Shown: positions 33,169 to 42,148 of the stretch, in pieces
Layout: every line of letters starts with the position of its first letter
Position numbering within the stretch: position 1 is the first letter of the stretch
DNA from: a candidate division NC10 bacterium CSP1-5
GTDB lineage: Bacteria; Methylomirabilota; Methylomirabilia; Methylomirabilales; CSP1-5
Direction: 5' to 3'
DNA length: 64,000 nucleotides
NCBI GenBank assembly: GCA_001443495.1
Contig: LDXR01000009.1
Coordinates: 28,875-92,874, forward strand
Position numbers and translations under genes: made by a program
The notes under the pieces: model-generated
Database searches by the model: none
The model's input: the letters and a program-made list of their open reading frames with translations, nothing else
Told to the model about the DNA's origin: nothing

Positions 33169-34968
33169 ATGGGCAACGTGAGGCGCCCCGGGAAAAAGGA
33201 TGCTCAACTGCCTCGCTTTATCGAGGGAAGGGCTGAAGAGGTCCAGGAACTCTTCGGAGCCCCGGTGCCTATACTGCCGGAAGGCCCCGAGGCTACCGAA
33301 GACCAACCCGCTTTTCTCGTCCAGCTGCACCCCGGTCTTCAACCCGCCTTCCTGAACTTCCTGGGAACGATCTCCCGTTCCCTGGCCGAGAGCGTCGGAG
33401 AGCCCCGGGAGTCTCAACAGACCGAGTGGGCCTATTTCCAACTCCTGCTCCAGATCACCAAAAATATCATCGAGAACGAGCGGCGCTCTGGGCTCCTGAA
33501 CCTCTTCTGGCTGGCCCATTCCAAGGAGGTCGCGGGCACTGTCCACGAGTACTTCAACCGTGAAGGGGTTCCGGCGTATCTCAAGTACCAGATGCACCCG
33601 CTGGTACGCGGTTTCTACCGTCTCCTTCATCGATCAACCTTGCACCATTTCTCCAGCAGCGCCGCTCAAACCCTGGAGTATAACCTCGGGAACCCGTTCA
33701 ACCATCGCCTGATGGAGAGCCTTTTCGACGATCAACTTCCCCTCACCGAGCTAGACATGCCCCGCGTGAATCTCGAGGGGGTGCTGATCCCCCAAAACCG
33801 GCGGTTCCGTCTCAGCGGGGAGGAGTTCAGAGAGCTGGCGAATGTCCTGCGTGACCGGATTCGCCAGGGGGTCATCAGGCAAGAGTACCCGCTGCTTGAT
33901 CTGGTGAAGGCCCATCTGCCGACCCTGGACGCGTCCATATATGATCAGGAGGCAGCCCGAGTCAAGATGATGTTTCACCCGACCATCGTGACGTATCTCC
34001 TCACGGACTACGACGAGACCCACGGGCGGCTCACCAGTTCATCCGTCCTCAAGGCGGCTCGGGACCGCCGCGGCGGATGGCAACATCTCTTCCGGGATTA
34101 CCTCGACCTTGTCCAGGCGGTGCGACGCTCTGAAGTTATCCACTGGCAACGGAGCAACATTGCCCTGATTCCTGCAGGGTTCGTCGAAATCGACCTCAAG
34201 AAATACTTCGCCGAGGGGCGGCTCTTCCAGTTTTCCGAAGCCACCGAGATCGTCCAGAGTGCGCGCAAGGTGACGATTCTCTTTGCGGACCTCCGGGGTT
34301 TTACGGCGGCCTCGGAGGGTGGAATCTCTGAAGTTGAGCTCTCGCGTTCCCTGTACCCTGTGTTCGACCCCGTGGCCGGCATCGTCAGACGGTTCCAGGG
34401 GCAAATCGACAAATTCACTGGTGACGGAGTGATGATCACTTTTGGCACCGCCCAGGCCACCCCTGAAGACGAAATGAACGCCCTCCGCACCGCGATTGCG
34501 ATCCAAGGGGTGGTCAAGGAGCTCCAGGCGCAGGGCAGGATGTCTTACCGCATGGGAATCAGTCTTCATACGGGTCGGGCCCAAATCAGCCGCTTCATCC
34601 GCGACGAAAAGTCGGTCGATACCACGGTGATCGGCCGCCATGTCAATATCGCCAGCCGTGTCACAGGCTCTGGGAGCCGCCCCTGGGAGTTGGAAGACGA
34701 GACGAGACCCCAGCTGGGAAATGTGGATCAAGACGTCTGGATCGATCAGGAAGGGATCCTGTACAACTGGGGAATTGCAGCGACCCAAGAGCATGTGGAG
34801 GTGCTTCGACGCAGTGTCCCCTGGCAGGTGGAGGAAGGGAAGCGGGGCACCCGATATACGTATTTCGACCCGAAACTCCAAAAAAAGATCTTGATCGAGT
34901 ATGTGGGGGATGCTAAGTTGAAGGGTGTCGGGCGGGCGCAGCCTATCTACCGGGTGATCACCGCTTGA
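33169..34968 (+). CDS. Soluble class III adenylate/guanylate cyclase with an unrecognised N-terminal region
   Basis: TILFADLRGFT, DKFTGDG, SLHTG, TVIG..VNIASR, LKG. Confidence 0.85.
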   Translation: MGNVRRPGKKDAQLPRFIEGRAEEVQELFGAPVPILPEGPEATEDQPAFLVQLHPGLQPAFLNFLGTISRSLAESVGEPRESQQTEWAYFQLLLQITKNIIENERRSGLLNLFWLAHSKEVAGTVHEYFNREGVPAYLKYQMHPLVRGFYRLLHRSTLHHFSSSAAQTLEYNLGNPFNHRLMESLFDDQLPLTELDMPRVNLEGVLIPQNRRFRLSGEEFRELANVLRDRIRQGVIRQEYPLLDLVKAHLPTLDASIYDQEAARVKMMFHPTIVTYLLTDYDETHGRLTSSSVLKAARDRRGGWQHLFRDYLDLVQAVRRSEVIHWQRSNIALIPAGFVEIDLKKYFAEGRLFQFSEATEIVQSARKVTILFADLRGFTAASEGGISEVELSRSLYPVFDPVAGIVRRFQGQIDKFTGDGVMITFGTAQATPEDEMNALRTAIAIQGVVKELQAQGRMSYRMGISLHTGRAQISRFIRDEKSVDTTVIGRHVNIASRVTGSGSRPWELEDETRPQLGNVDQDVWIDQEGILYNWGIAATQEHVEVLRRSVPWQVEEGKRGTRYTYFDPKLQKKILIEYVGDAKLKGVGRAQPIYRVITA

Positions 34969-34992
34969 CGATCCGGGAAGGCCGATGGTACG

Positions 34993-35478
34993 ATGAGAAT
35001 TACCTTATGGGCGCCCTGGAGGATGCAGTACATCGTGGGACCGAGGTCCGACGGATGTATCCTCTGTGAGAAGGCGCACGACACGGAAGACACCAAGAAT
35101 CTGATTCTGGCCAGGGGCTCCTGTACATACGTCCTCATGAACATCTACCCGTACAACTGTGGTCACCTGATGATCGCTCCCTACCGCCACCTCGAGTCCC
35201 TGGAGAAGCTTTCGGTCGAGGAAAAGGGGGAGATGGTTGCTTGGGCATCGAAGAGCGAGCGCATCCTCCGAGATGCCTTCCACGCCGAGGGATTCAACAT
35301 CGGGATGAACCTGGGAAAAGTGGCGGGGGCGGGGATCGATGACCACCTGCACATGCATGTGGTTCCCCGCTGGAGTGGGGACACGAACTTCATGCCGGTC
35401 TTGGGCGAAACCAAGGTGATTCCGGAGTACCTGGAGGAGACGTACGCCAAGCTCCTGCCCTACTATGCGGATACCTGA
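34993..35478 (+). CDS. HIT-family nucleotide hydrolase/phosphorylase
   Basis: LWAPWRMQY, CILC, NIYPYN.GH, HLHMHVVPRW. Confidence 0.93.
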   Translation: MRITLWAPWRMQYIVGPRSDGCILCEKAHDTEDTKNLILARGSCTYVLMNIYPYNCGHLMIAPYRHLESLEKLSVEEKGEMVAWASKSERILRDAFHAEGFNIGMNLGKVAGAGIDDHLHMHVVPRWSGDTNFMPVLGETKVIPEYLEETYAKLLPYYADT

Positions 35479-35496
35479 GGGAAGGGGAGAAGAGCA

Positions 35497-35982
35497 ATGC
35501 TGATCCGGATGTCCGTCCGGGGGATCGCCCTTGATCCGATCACCAATATGCCCATCATCATTCTCAAGGACGTGGAGGAGAAGCGGGCGCTCCCGATCTG
35601 GGTGGGAATCTTTGAGGCAAACGCTATTGCCCTCGAGCTCGAGAAGATCGCGACGCCTCGGCCCATGACCCATGACCTGATCAAGAACATTCTCGACGGG
35701 CTGGGGGCCACCGTACAGCAGATCGTGGTCAATGACCTCAAGGACAACACCTTCTTCGCCGTCATCGAGGTCAACTATAACGGGAATATGGTGAGTATCG
35801 ACGCGCGACCCTCGGACGCGATCGCGTTAGCGCTGCGAGTGAACGCGCCGATTTTCGTCACGGAGAAGGTGGTGAGCAAGGCGAAGAGCATGGACATCGC
35901 CGAGGAAAAGGAAGAGACGGATCGCTGGAAAGAGTGGTTGGAGAATCTCAAGCCCGAGGATTTCGGCAAGTACAAGATGTAG
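35497..35982 (+). CDS. Bifunctional nuclease (DUF151) family protein
   Basis: [26 protein letters not shown]. Confidence 0.92.
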   Translation: MLIRMSVRGIALDPITNMPIIILKDVEEKRALPIWVGIFEANAIALELEKIATPRPMTHDLIKNILDGLGATVQQIVVNDLKDNTFFAVIEVNYNGNMVSIDARPSDAIALALRVNAPIFVTEKVVSKAKSMDIAEEKEETDRWKEWLENLKPEDFGKYKM

Positions 35983-36009
35983 TCCGCTCCCAAACTATAT
36001 TGCTGTCAC

Positions 36010-36037
36010 GGCCGCCCAGCGCGCGGCCTTTATTTTT
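36010..36037 (+). terminator. Rho-independent terminator
   Basis: GGCCGC-loop-GCGGCC followed by TTTATTTTT. Confidence 0.6.
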
Positions 36038-36126
36038 CCCAGGGAAGCGATGGGGTTTCTAGGGGAGGGTGGGTTGTGGTTATTCGAAGTGTTAGGTCAG
36101 GGCAGTGTTATGTAAATTGCGTGAGG

Positions 36127-36154
36127 AGTTTACATAATACTCCTTATCCGACGT
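36127..36154 (-). other. dif-like XerC/XerD chromosome dimer resolution site
   Basis: Minus strand ACGTCGGATAA-GGAGTA-TTATGTAAACT, same 11-6-11 layout as E. coli dif GGTGCGCATAA-TGTATA-TTATGTTAAAT; lies at the gene-orientation switch. Confidence 0.85.
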
Positions 36155-36162
36155 AACATATC

Positions 36163-36858
36163 CTACCGTTCACCTACCGCCATCAACTCCTCCGCCCGAC
36201 GGGCCCAGGAAGTCCCTGCGTATTCCTCGGCGATACGCCGATACACTTCCACCGCCTCGGCCCGGCGATCAAGGTGGCTCAGCGACCGGGCAAGCCCGAG
36301 GAGTGCTTCGATGCTGAGACTGGAATCCTTGTAGCGTTCCCCGAGGGTACGAAAGATGGCCGCGGCGTCCTCATAGCGTTGCTGGGCTTCCAACGTGTAG
36401 CCTTTCCCGATGCCGGCCAAGAGCACCCACGATCCTGCAGGATACTGCTCGAGATACCCCTGATACGCGCGGAGCGCCTTTTCGTAGTCCGCTCTTTGAT
36501 AAGAGATGTTTCCCATGAGGAGCAACGCCTGCTCCGCTGCCTTCGAGGAAGGATACTCCTTCCGGATCTGGGGGAGTAGCACCTGCGCTTCTTCCAGCAC
36601 CCCGCTGTTTCCCTCTGAAGGTTCCCCCCCCTCCGTTACCTTGAGCAACGCCTCGAAACCGGTAAGCGCCCTCGTCATAAGGGCTTGCGCAGCTTCTTCC
36701 TGTCTCGTCCTCCAGGTGTGATACCCCCACCATCCCAGGGCTGCCGCCAAGACTGCGAACGCCCCAAGTCCAAGCGGCAGGCGTCGCTCATACAGCCAGA
36801 GCGCTACATCCCGGGGTGTCACCCCGCTCGATGGCCTCGCACCCCATTTGGGTGGCAT
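36163..36858 (-). CDS. Membrane-anchored TPR protein (YfgM-like)
   Basis: Single N-terminal TM helix then TPR repeats (YPSSKAAEQAL, YLEQYP, EALLGLAR). Confidence 0.75.
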   Translation of the reverse strand: MPPKWGARPSSGVTPRDVALWLYERRLPLGLGAFAVLAAALGWWGYHTWRTRQEEAAQALMTRALTGFEALLKVTEGGEPSEGNSGVLEEAQVLLPQIRKEYPSSKAAEQALLLMGNISYQRADYEKALRAYQGYLEQYPAGSWVLLAGIGKGYTLEAQQRYEDAAAIFRTLGERYKDSSLSIEALLGLARSLSHLDRRAEAVEVYRRIAEEYAGTSWARRAEELMAVGER

Positions 36859-37264
36859 ACAACCCTCATCCTTACGTCGATGTGAGGCCTGGCAGGCCCC
36901 CCCCCGAATCCGCCGCACGGATGACCTGCCCTGACGCTCCGGATCGACTTTTCTCTTGTAGCACCTCAGGGTACTTGCGGGCAACTCCAAAGTCGCCTCG
37001 CATCGACGCCAGGACATTCTTTCCCATTCGTGGGTGTCATTTCAGGGGGATTTGTATAGCTGAACTGTAACTTTATATAGTATAGTGTTAATAGCTGTTA
37101 TTATTGACATAAATAAACATGCAATAACGAGGGTTGACGAGACCTGTGTTCGATGGCAAGACCAGGCTTGCTGGCTTCGTTGGCCTGCTCCTGGGTTGGA
37201 ACGGGCCTGGCCGGCTGGGTGACCATTTCGGAGGCAGGGAGGCTGGAGGGGATTGGCAAATAGC

Positions 37265-37341
37265 TGGTGGGCCTGGCAGGACTCGAACCTGCGGCACGAG
37301 GTTTAGGAAACCTCTGCTCTATCCGCCTGAGCTACAGGCCC
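37265..37341 (-). tRNA. tRNA-Arg(CCT)
   Basis: 77-nt cloverleaf, anticodon arm GAGGT-TTCCTAA-ACCTC, TTCGAGT T-loop, encoded CCA. Confidence 0.96.
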
Positions 37342-37577
37342 GTTACGGCTGGAGCGAACAGTCTGTACTGCTCCCCCATTCTAGGCAATTGCAGGCCCGT
37401 CGGCAAGACAGAGTTCGGCGGTGGTTTGAAATCCCGCTTCCTTGGGACTTGGACACGGGACCGCGAGTACCATGGTCCGTCAAGGCCTGTTCGCGCGAGA
37501 GAAGGCACACGTATAGGGTTGGGGTACCTCGGGACCCCATGGCCATGGAGGATGGGTGCCTCGCCAAGGGAGAAGGC

Positions 37578-37952
37578 TTACTGACTCACCTCGGGTTCCA
37601 CGTTAGGCGCAGAGGGAAGGGTGTCACCAGGGACGTCACCAATGAAGGTGAGCGACTCCTCCCCCTTCAGGTGGTGAGGGCTCACGGCCCAGTTTCCCCG
37701 ACAGGTCAAGCTGAGCACCTCGTGTGTCGTCTTGGGGCCGACGAAAAGACTCGTGTAGATGCTGCTCAGGCCCCCGAGGACACAGAAGCTGGCCTTCACC
37801 GGGAAGTACACCACTGACCCAACCACGCTTCCCGTCCCAATGCCGATCTGCTCGAGCGTACTCTCGTCCGGGCCGGTATCCGCCCACACGGGCACCACCA
37901 GCGCCACGAGGGCCAAACCGATCAGGATTGCCGCGATCCGTTTCTTCTTCAT
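37578..37952 (-). CDS. Hypothetical secreted protein
   Basis: Signal peptide MKKKRIAAILIGLALVALVVPVWA; GGGGGA SD; two Cys. Confidence 0.7.
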   Translation of the reverse strand: MKKKRIAAILIGLALVALVVPVWADTGPDESTLEQIGIGTGSVVGSVVYFPVKASFCVLGGLSSIYTSLFVGPKTTHEVLSLTCRGNWAVSPHHLKGEESLTFIGDVPGDTLPSAPNVEPEVSQ

Positions 37953-38032
37953 CGATATCCCCCCTTTTCTCTCTTCCTGTTCCGTGCTTCCTTCTCGACC
38001 GCGTTCTCTGAAAAAGCATAATTATTTATGTC

Positions 38033-38097
38033 TATATATATGGGTATAATACTTCTGTCAAGAAAAATTTGACAGTCCCCCTTTTTTGCTCTAGACT
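38033..38097. promoter_or_regulatory. Back-to-back divergent sigma70 promoters
   Basis: TGTCAA(38056-38061) and TTGACA(38069-38074) inverted; + strand TTGACA-17 bp-TAGACT; AT-rich -10 region on - strand. Confidence 0.6.
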
Positions 38098-38106
38098 CCC
38101 GGAGCG

Positions 38107-38625
38107 ATGGCCCAGGAAAGGAAAGCCAAAGAGATCGGTCGCAGAATCACCGGTATCCTCGAGGCCAAGGGGTGGCGAAAGACCGATCTCATACGCCGGT
38201 CAGGCCTCAAGCAGGCATCCGTCTACGAATGGCTCCGGGGTGAGGCCGAACCCAGGGGTGAGGCACTCAGCAAGATTGCCCAGGCCCTCGAGGTCTCGAC
38301 CGACTATCTCCTGGGATCGGATCCCGTGTATAGCCGGTTGACCTACAGGCAGGTTGCGGCGAAGGAAAGCCTGCGCTTGTCCCTTCGAGCGCTTGACATT
38401 CGACCCGGGCATGCCGACTACCTCATGTACGAGGAGCTGGGATCCCTTGACGGAGCTCCCAAGTCGGTCACGGGGTGGCGCGACTTCATCACCCAGTTCT
38501 TGCCAAAGATCAGCGAGCACCTTCGCGCGGATTCTCCCCGGCAAGGAGGCGATCGGCCCCGCAAGGTGTTTCCGCTACAGCGGCCAGACACGCCTGCGGG
38601 AGGCAGAAAGAGGAGAGGATTGTGA
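38107..38625 (+). CDS. XRE/Cro-CI family HTH regulator
   Basis: KGWRKTDLIRRSGLKQASVYEWLRGEAEP..KIAQALEVSTDYLLG. Confidence 0.85.
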   Translation: MAQERKAKEIGRRITGILEAKGWRKTDLIRRSGLKQASVYEWLRGEAEPRGEALSKIAQALEVSTDYLLGSDPVYSRLTYRQVAAKESLRLSLRALDIRPGHADYLMYEELGSLDGAPKSVTGWRDFITQFLPKISEHLRADSPRQGGDRPRKVFPLQRPDTPAGGRKRRGL

Positions 38626-38662
38626 GGCAGACATACGGGATCTGTAAGAAAGAAAGCGAAGC

Positions 38663-39193
38663 CTAGTACTGAATGAGGGAAAAGACGGGATAATCGGCGA
38701 GCTTCTCTCGCCCTTTGAGAAAGGTCAGTTCCACCAGGAAGGCAATCTCCACAATTTCCCCGCCGAGCTTGTTCACCAGATCGACAGCCGCCCCAACAGT
38801 CCCCCCTGTGGCGAGGACGTCGTCGGCAATAAGGACCCGCGTGCCTGGCTCAAGGGCATCCTCGTGGATCTCCAGCGTATCTGTCCCGTACTCCGACTGA
38901 TAGACCGCCCGATAGGTTCGAAACGGGAGCTTCCCCGCCTTTCGGATCAGCACATGTCCGGCGCCGAGCTTGTAAGCCAAGGCAGAGCCAATGATAAACC
39001 CCCGGGCTTCTACACCGACGACCACTTGAATCCCCCGGTCCCGGTACCGATCACCTAACAAGTCAAGGGCCGCTCGAAAGGTCTGGCTGTCGGCCAGGAG
39101 AGGCGTGATGTCCTTGAAGACGACACCCGGTTTCGGAAAATCGGGAATATCCCGAATTTTTCCTTTGAGAATGTCGATCATCGCCTCGGCCAT
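38663..39193 (-). CDS. apt: Adenine phosphoribosyltransferase
   Basis: [39 protein letters not shown]. Confidence 0.97.
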   Translation of the reverse strand: MAEAMIDILKGKIRDIPDFPKPGVVFKDITPLLADSQTFRAALDLLGDRYRDRGIQVVVGVEARGFIIGSALAYKLGAGHVLIRKAGKLPFRTYRAVYQSEYGTDTLEIHEDALEPGTRVLIADDVLATGGTVGAAVDLVNKLGGEIVEIAFLVELTFLKGREKLADYPVFSLIQY

Positions 39194-39203
39194 CCTCTCC
39201 CCT

Positions 39204-39494
39204 TTACCGCCCAAAGCGAACGCTGAAACTCATGAACCGTCCCGTATAGGGCCCCCAGGACTCCTCCACCCTCTCCACGCGGGCGCCGGACGGCCCCTGC
39301 TTCAGCTGCTCCAAGAGCTGTTCGAGGGTGCTTCGCTCGCCCTCGGCCATCACCTCGACGCTCCCGTCCGACCGATTCATGACATAGCCGGCAAGCCCGA
39401 TCTCCTCAGCCACACGTTCGGTAAAGTACCGGAACCCCACCCCCTGGACCCTTCCGATGACCCGAGCGGTCAGCGATGCCTTTTCCGGGACCAT
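39204..39494 (-). CDS. acyP: Acylphosphatase
   Basis: [25 protein letters not shown]. Confidence 0.95.
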   Translation of the reverse strand: MVPEKASLTARVIGRVQGVGFRYFTERVAEEIGLAGYVMNRSDGSVEVMAEGERSTLEQLLEQLKQGPSGARVERVEESWGPYTGRFMSFSVRFGR

Positions 39495-39629
39495 CGCGTC
39501 CTTGCCCCCCGCCCGATGAAACTGCTCACCGCATGGGACCGAACCCGATTCTTCATCCAGAGTCCCATCATGGCGCGAGCACACGATGCGGTGAAGGGGA
39601 GAAACGGAAAGATAATCGAGACAGGTGAT

Positions 39630-39707
<78 letters not shown>

Positions 39708-39727
39708 CATGGAATACTACCCTTTCC

Positions 39728-40465
39728 TCACTCCCCCTGCCAGCCGTGTTCACCCACCAACCTGACGAAGACGCAACCGACCAGCTCCTCCTGGTCCACC
39801 CCATCCTCTTTTCTCAAGACCCTGCGCAGAGTCTGGGCATGGGGAGATCCCACCGGAATCACCAATCGTCCGCCCACCTGAAGCTGCTCTACGAGGGGAG
39901 GCGGCACGCAAGGGGCGCCTGCCGTGACCACGATCGCCTCAAAGGGGGCCACCTCAGGCCACCCCATGCTTCCGTCGCCAACGCGTATGGTCACGTTATC
40001 GTATCCGAGGCGTCTCAGGGTCCCTTGTGCGCGATCAGCAAGGGCGGGAATGCGCTCGATCGAATAGACCTGACCAGCCAACTCCGCCAACACAGCGGCC
40101 TGGTATCCTGATCCAGTGCCGATCTCTAGGACCCGTTCGCCTCCCTGAAGGGAGAGGGCAGCGGTCATCACCGCGACCATGTATGGCTGCGAGATTGTCT
40201 GCCCCTCTCCGATCGGCAAGGGGGCGTCTTCGTACGCTCGCCCGGCGAGGACAGGATCAACGAACAGGTGTCGTGGAACCTTGCGCATCGCCTCGAGGAC
40301 CCGAACATCAGCAATCCCTCGCCGCTCCACCTGCTCTTTGACCATCCGTGCCTGGGCGGTGGCATAATCACCGGCTGCTGCCCCCCACCCATTCCCTCCC
40401 CCATTGGAACAACACCGTTCAGTGTGCAAGTGTACCACGCTCCGCGGCATGAGGGGTCTCGTCAT
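39728..40465 (-). CDS. pcm: Protein-L-isoaspartate O-methyltransferase
   Basis: VPRHLFV, GQTISQP, VLEIGTGSGY, APFEAIVVTA; start placed at the ATGA overlap with surE. Confidence 0.95.
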   Translation of the reverse strand: MTRPLMPRSVVHLHTERCCSNGGGNGWGAAAGDYATAQARMVKEQVERRGIADVRVLEAMRKVPRHLFVDPVLAGRAYEDAPLPIGEGQTISQPYMVAVMTAALSLQGGERVLEIGTGSGYQAAVLAELAGQVYSIERIPALADRAQGTLRRLGYDNVTIRVGDGSMGWPEVAPFEAIVVTAGAPCVPPPLVEQLQVGGRLVIPVGSPHAQTLRRVLRKEDGVDQEELVGCVFVRLVGEHGWQGE

Positions 40466-41214
40466 GCCAAGAGAGTCTCCCACCCCTTGAGAGCCTCCGC
40501 TGCCGCGTAGTTGGTCAGATCGAGATGGAGCGGGGTGATCGAGATCTTCCCCTCCATCACCGCCTCGTAATCGGTCCCGCCCAAAAGCTCCCAGGTAGGT
40601 TCCCCTCCTCCAATCCAGTAATACGTTTTTCCCCGAGGATCCATCTTCTCCACGATGAGCTCATTATAGCTCCGCTTGCCTTGGCGGGTGACCGCCACTC
40701 CCCTCACCTCCCCGGCCGGGACATTGACGTTGAGCAGGGTGTCCCGCGGCAGCCCCCGCTCCAGCACCGCCAGGGCCAGGCGCACCGCAAAGGCGGCCGC
40801 CGTCGCCAGGCCGTGCTGCGAAGGCTCGACCGCTGAAATGGCGATGGCAGGGATGCCCAAGAGGGTTCCCTCCACGGCGGCCGAGACGGTCCCGGAGTAG
40901 GTGATGTCATCGCCCAGATTTGCTCCCAGATTGATCCCCGAGACGACCAGTCGTGGCCTTTCCTTGAGCACCCCCATGACCCCGAGCGTGACACAATCGG
41001 TCGGGGTGCCATCCACCACGTACCAGCGGGGAGCGATCTCCGTGGCCCGGAGGGGCTTGTGGAGAGTGAGTGAGTGTCCAGCGGCACTCCGCTCGCGGTC
41101 GGGAGCGATGATAGACAGCTCTCCAACCTCTTCCAAGGCCCCGGCTAACGCCTTGAGCCCAGGGGAGTGGATGCCGTCATCATTGGTGACCAAGATCGTC
41201 GGTCGCTTTGACAT
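40462..41214 (-). CDS. surE: 5'/3'-nucleotidase SurE
   Basis: ILVTNDDG, GTPTDCV, SGINLGAN, YSGTV, ITPL. Confidence 0.97.
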   Translation of the reverse strand: MSKRPTILVTNDDGIHSPGLKALAGALEEVGELSIIAPDRERSAAGHSLTLHKPLRATEIAPRWYVVDGTPTDCVTLGVMGVLKERPRLVVSGINLGANLGDDITYSGTVSAAVEGTLLGIPAIAISAVEPSQHGLATAAAFAVRLALAVLERGLPRDTLLNVNVPAGEVRGVAVTRQGKRSYNELIVEKMDPRGKTYYWIGGGEPTWELLGGTDYEAVMEGKISITPLHLDLTNYAAAEALKGWETLLA

Positions 41215-41289
41215 GCCCCTGCTAGAGACCGGAGGCGGGAATGCCGCGGACGGCTCGGGGACCGCTCGGACGAGCATATGAATGAGTGC

Positions 41290-41366
41290 TGGTCGGGGCG
41301 CGGGGATTTGAACCCCGGACCACTGGCCCCCCATGCCAGTGCGCTACCAGGCTGCGCTACGCCCCG
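41290..41366 (-). tRNA. tRNA-Pro(GGG)
   Basis: Anticodon arm CTGGC-ATGGGGG-GCCAG, encoded CCA; usual ihfA-merR-tRNAPro-surE context. Confidence 0.94.
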
Positions 41367-41380
41367 ATCCCGAGGCTGAG

Positions 41381-41782
41381 CTACGATCGATCGAGGAGTA
41401 TGCCAATGGCCTCGAGCCCTTCCCGGATCCGCTGGACTTGCTGAAGGAGATCAGTCGGCTCTGTCTCGTCCTGGAGCTGCCGCCTCGCCCCAGCAATGGT
41501 GTATCGCTTGTCATACAAGAGCTCCTTGATCTTTAAGATGATTTCGATATCCCGCTTCCGGTAGAGGCGTTGGCCGGTGCCACTCTTTTTTGGCTGGAGC
41601 GGGGGGAATTCCGATTCCCAATACCGCAGGATATACGGCTGGATTTTGGTGAGACGCGCCACCTCGCCGATGCGAAAATACAGCTTGTCCGGAATCGGCT
41701 CCCTCCGGCGCGAGTCACCCCGCCTCGTTTCCCGCCGGGACGTTGACACGTGCCTCCGCGACTGATTCGCCACGCCTGGCAT
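41381..41782 (-). CDS. MerR-family HTH regulator (ihfA-associated)
   Basis: IPDKLYFRIGEV, LRYWESEF, RLY, YTIAGA; start uncertain. Confidence 0.92.
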   Translation of the reverse strand: MPGVANQSRRHVSTSRRETRRGDSRRREPIPDKLYFRIGEVARLTKIQPYILRYWESEFPPLQPKKSGTGQRLYRKRDIEIILKIKELLYDKRYTIAGARRQLQDETEPTDLLQQVQRIREGLEAIGILLDRS

Positions 41783-41791
41783 CCTCCAGAA

Positions 41792-42070
41792 CTACGCCTG
41801 GGAGTTAACTGCCTGTTGAAGTGCCTTCCCGGGTTTGAATTTGAGGACCTTGCGCGCCGCGATGATAATCTCCGACCCGGTCTGCGGATTTCTCCCTTTT
41901 CTGGCCCGCTTCGCCCGCACCTGAAAGGACCCAAATCCCACCAACTGAATCTTCTCACCCTTGGTCATGGCCTCTTTCAGGGCCTCAAATGTCGCTTCGA
42001 CCGCCTCCATTGCCTGTTTTTTCGTCAACCCCTTTTCTGCTACCAGCGCTGCCAGGTCTGCCTTGGTCAT
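41792..42070 (-). CDS. ihfA: Integration host factor alpha / HU family
   Basis: MTKADL, GFGSF, RKGRNPQTG, FKPG; alpha assigned by synteny. Confidence 0.8.
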   Translation of the reverse strand: MTKADLAALVAEKGLTKKQAMEAVEATFEALKEAMTKGEKIQLVGFGSFQVRAKRARKGRNPQTGSEIIIAARKVLKFKPGKALQQAVNSQA

Positions 42071-42148
42071 GCCGCCACCTCCCTTCTTCTTCCCCGGCCT
42101 GAGGAGACACCATGCACCTCCCCCGCCAGACGCTCACGGGAAGAAAAT

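Noticed and set aside
33169-34968. Pycsar anti-phage system
   Set aside because: No adjacent TIR or TM cNMP-binding effector; residues look adenine-specific; housekeeping context
37203-37211. att-like duplication of the tRNA-Arg 3' end (GGGCCTGGC)
   Set aside because: Only 9 bp in GC-rich DNA and no integrase nearby
40375-40405. Phase-variable G tract at the pcm 5' end
   Set aside because: An in-frame ATG overlapping the surE stop explains the gene without slippage; the run is only 6 bp
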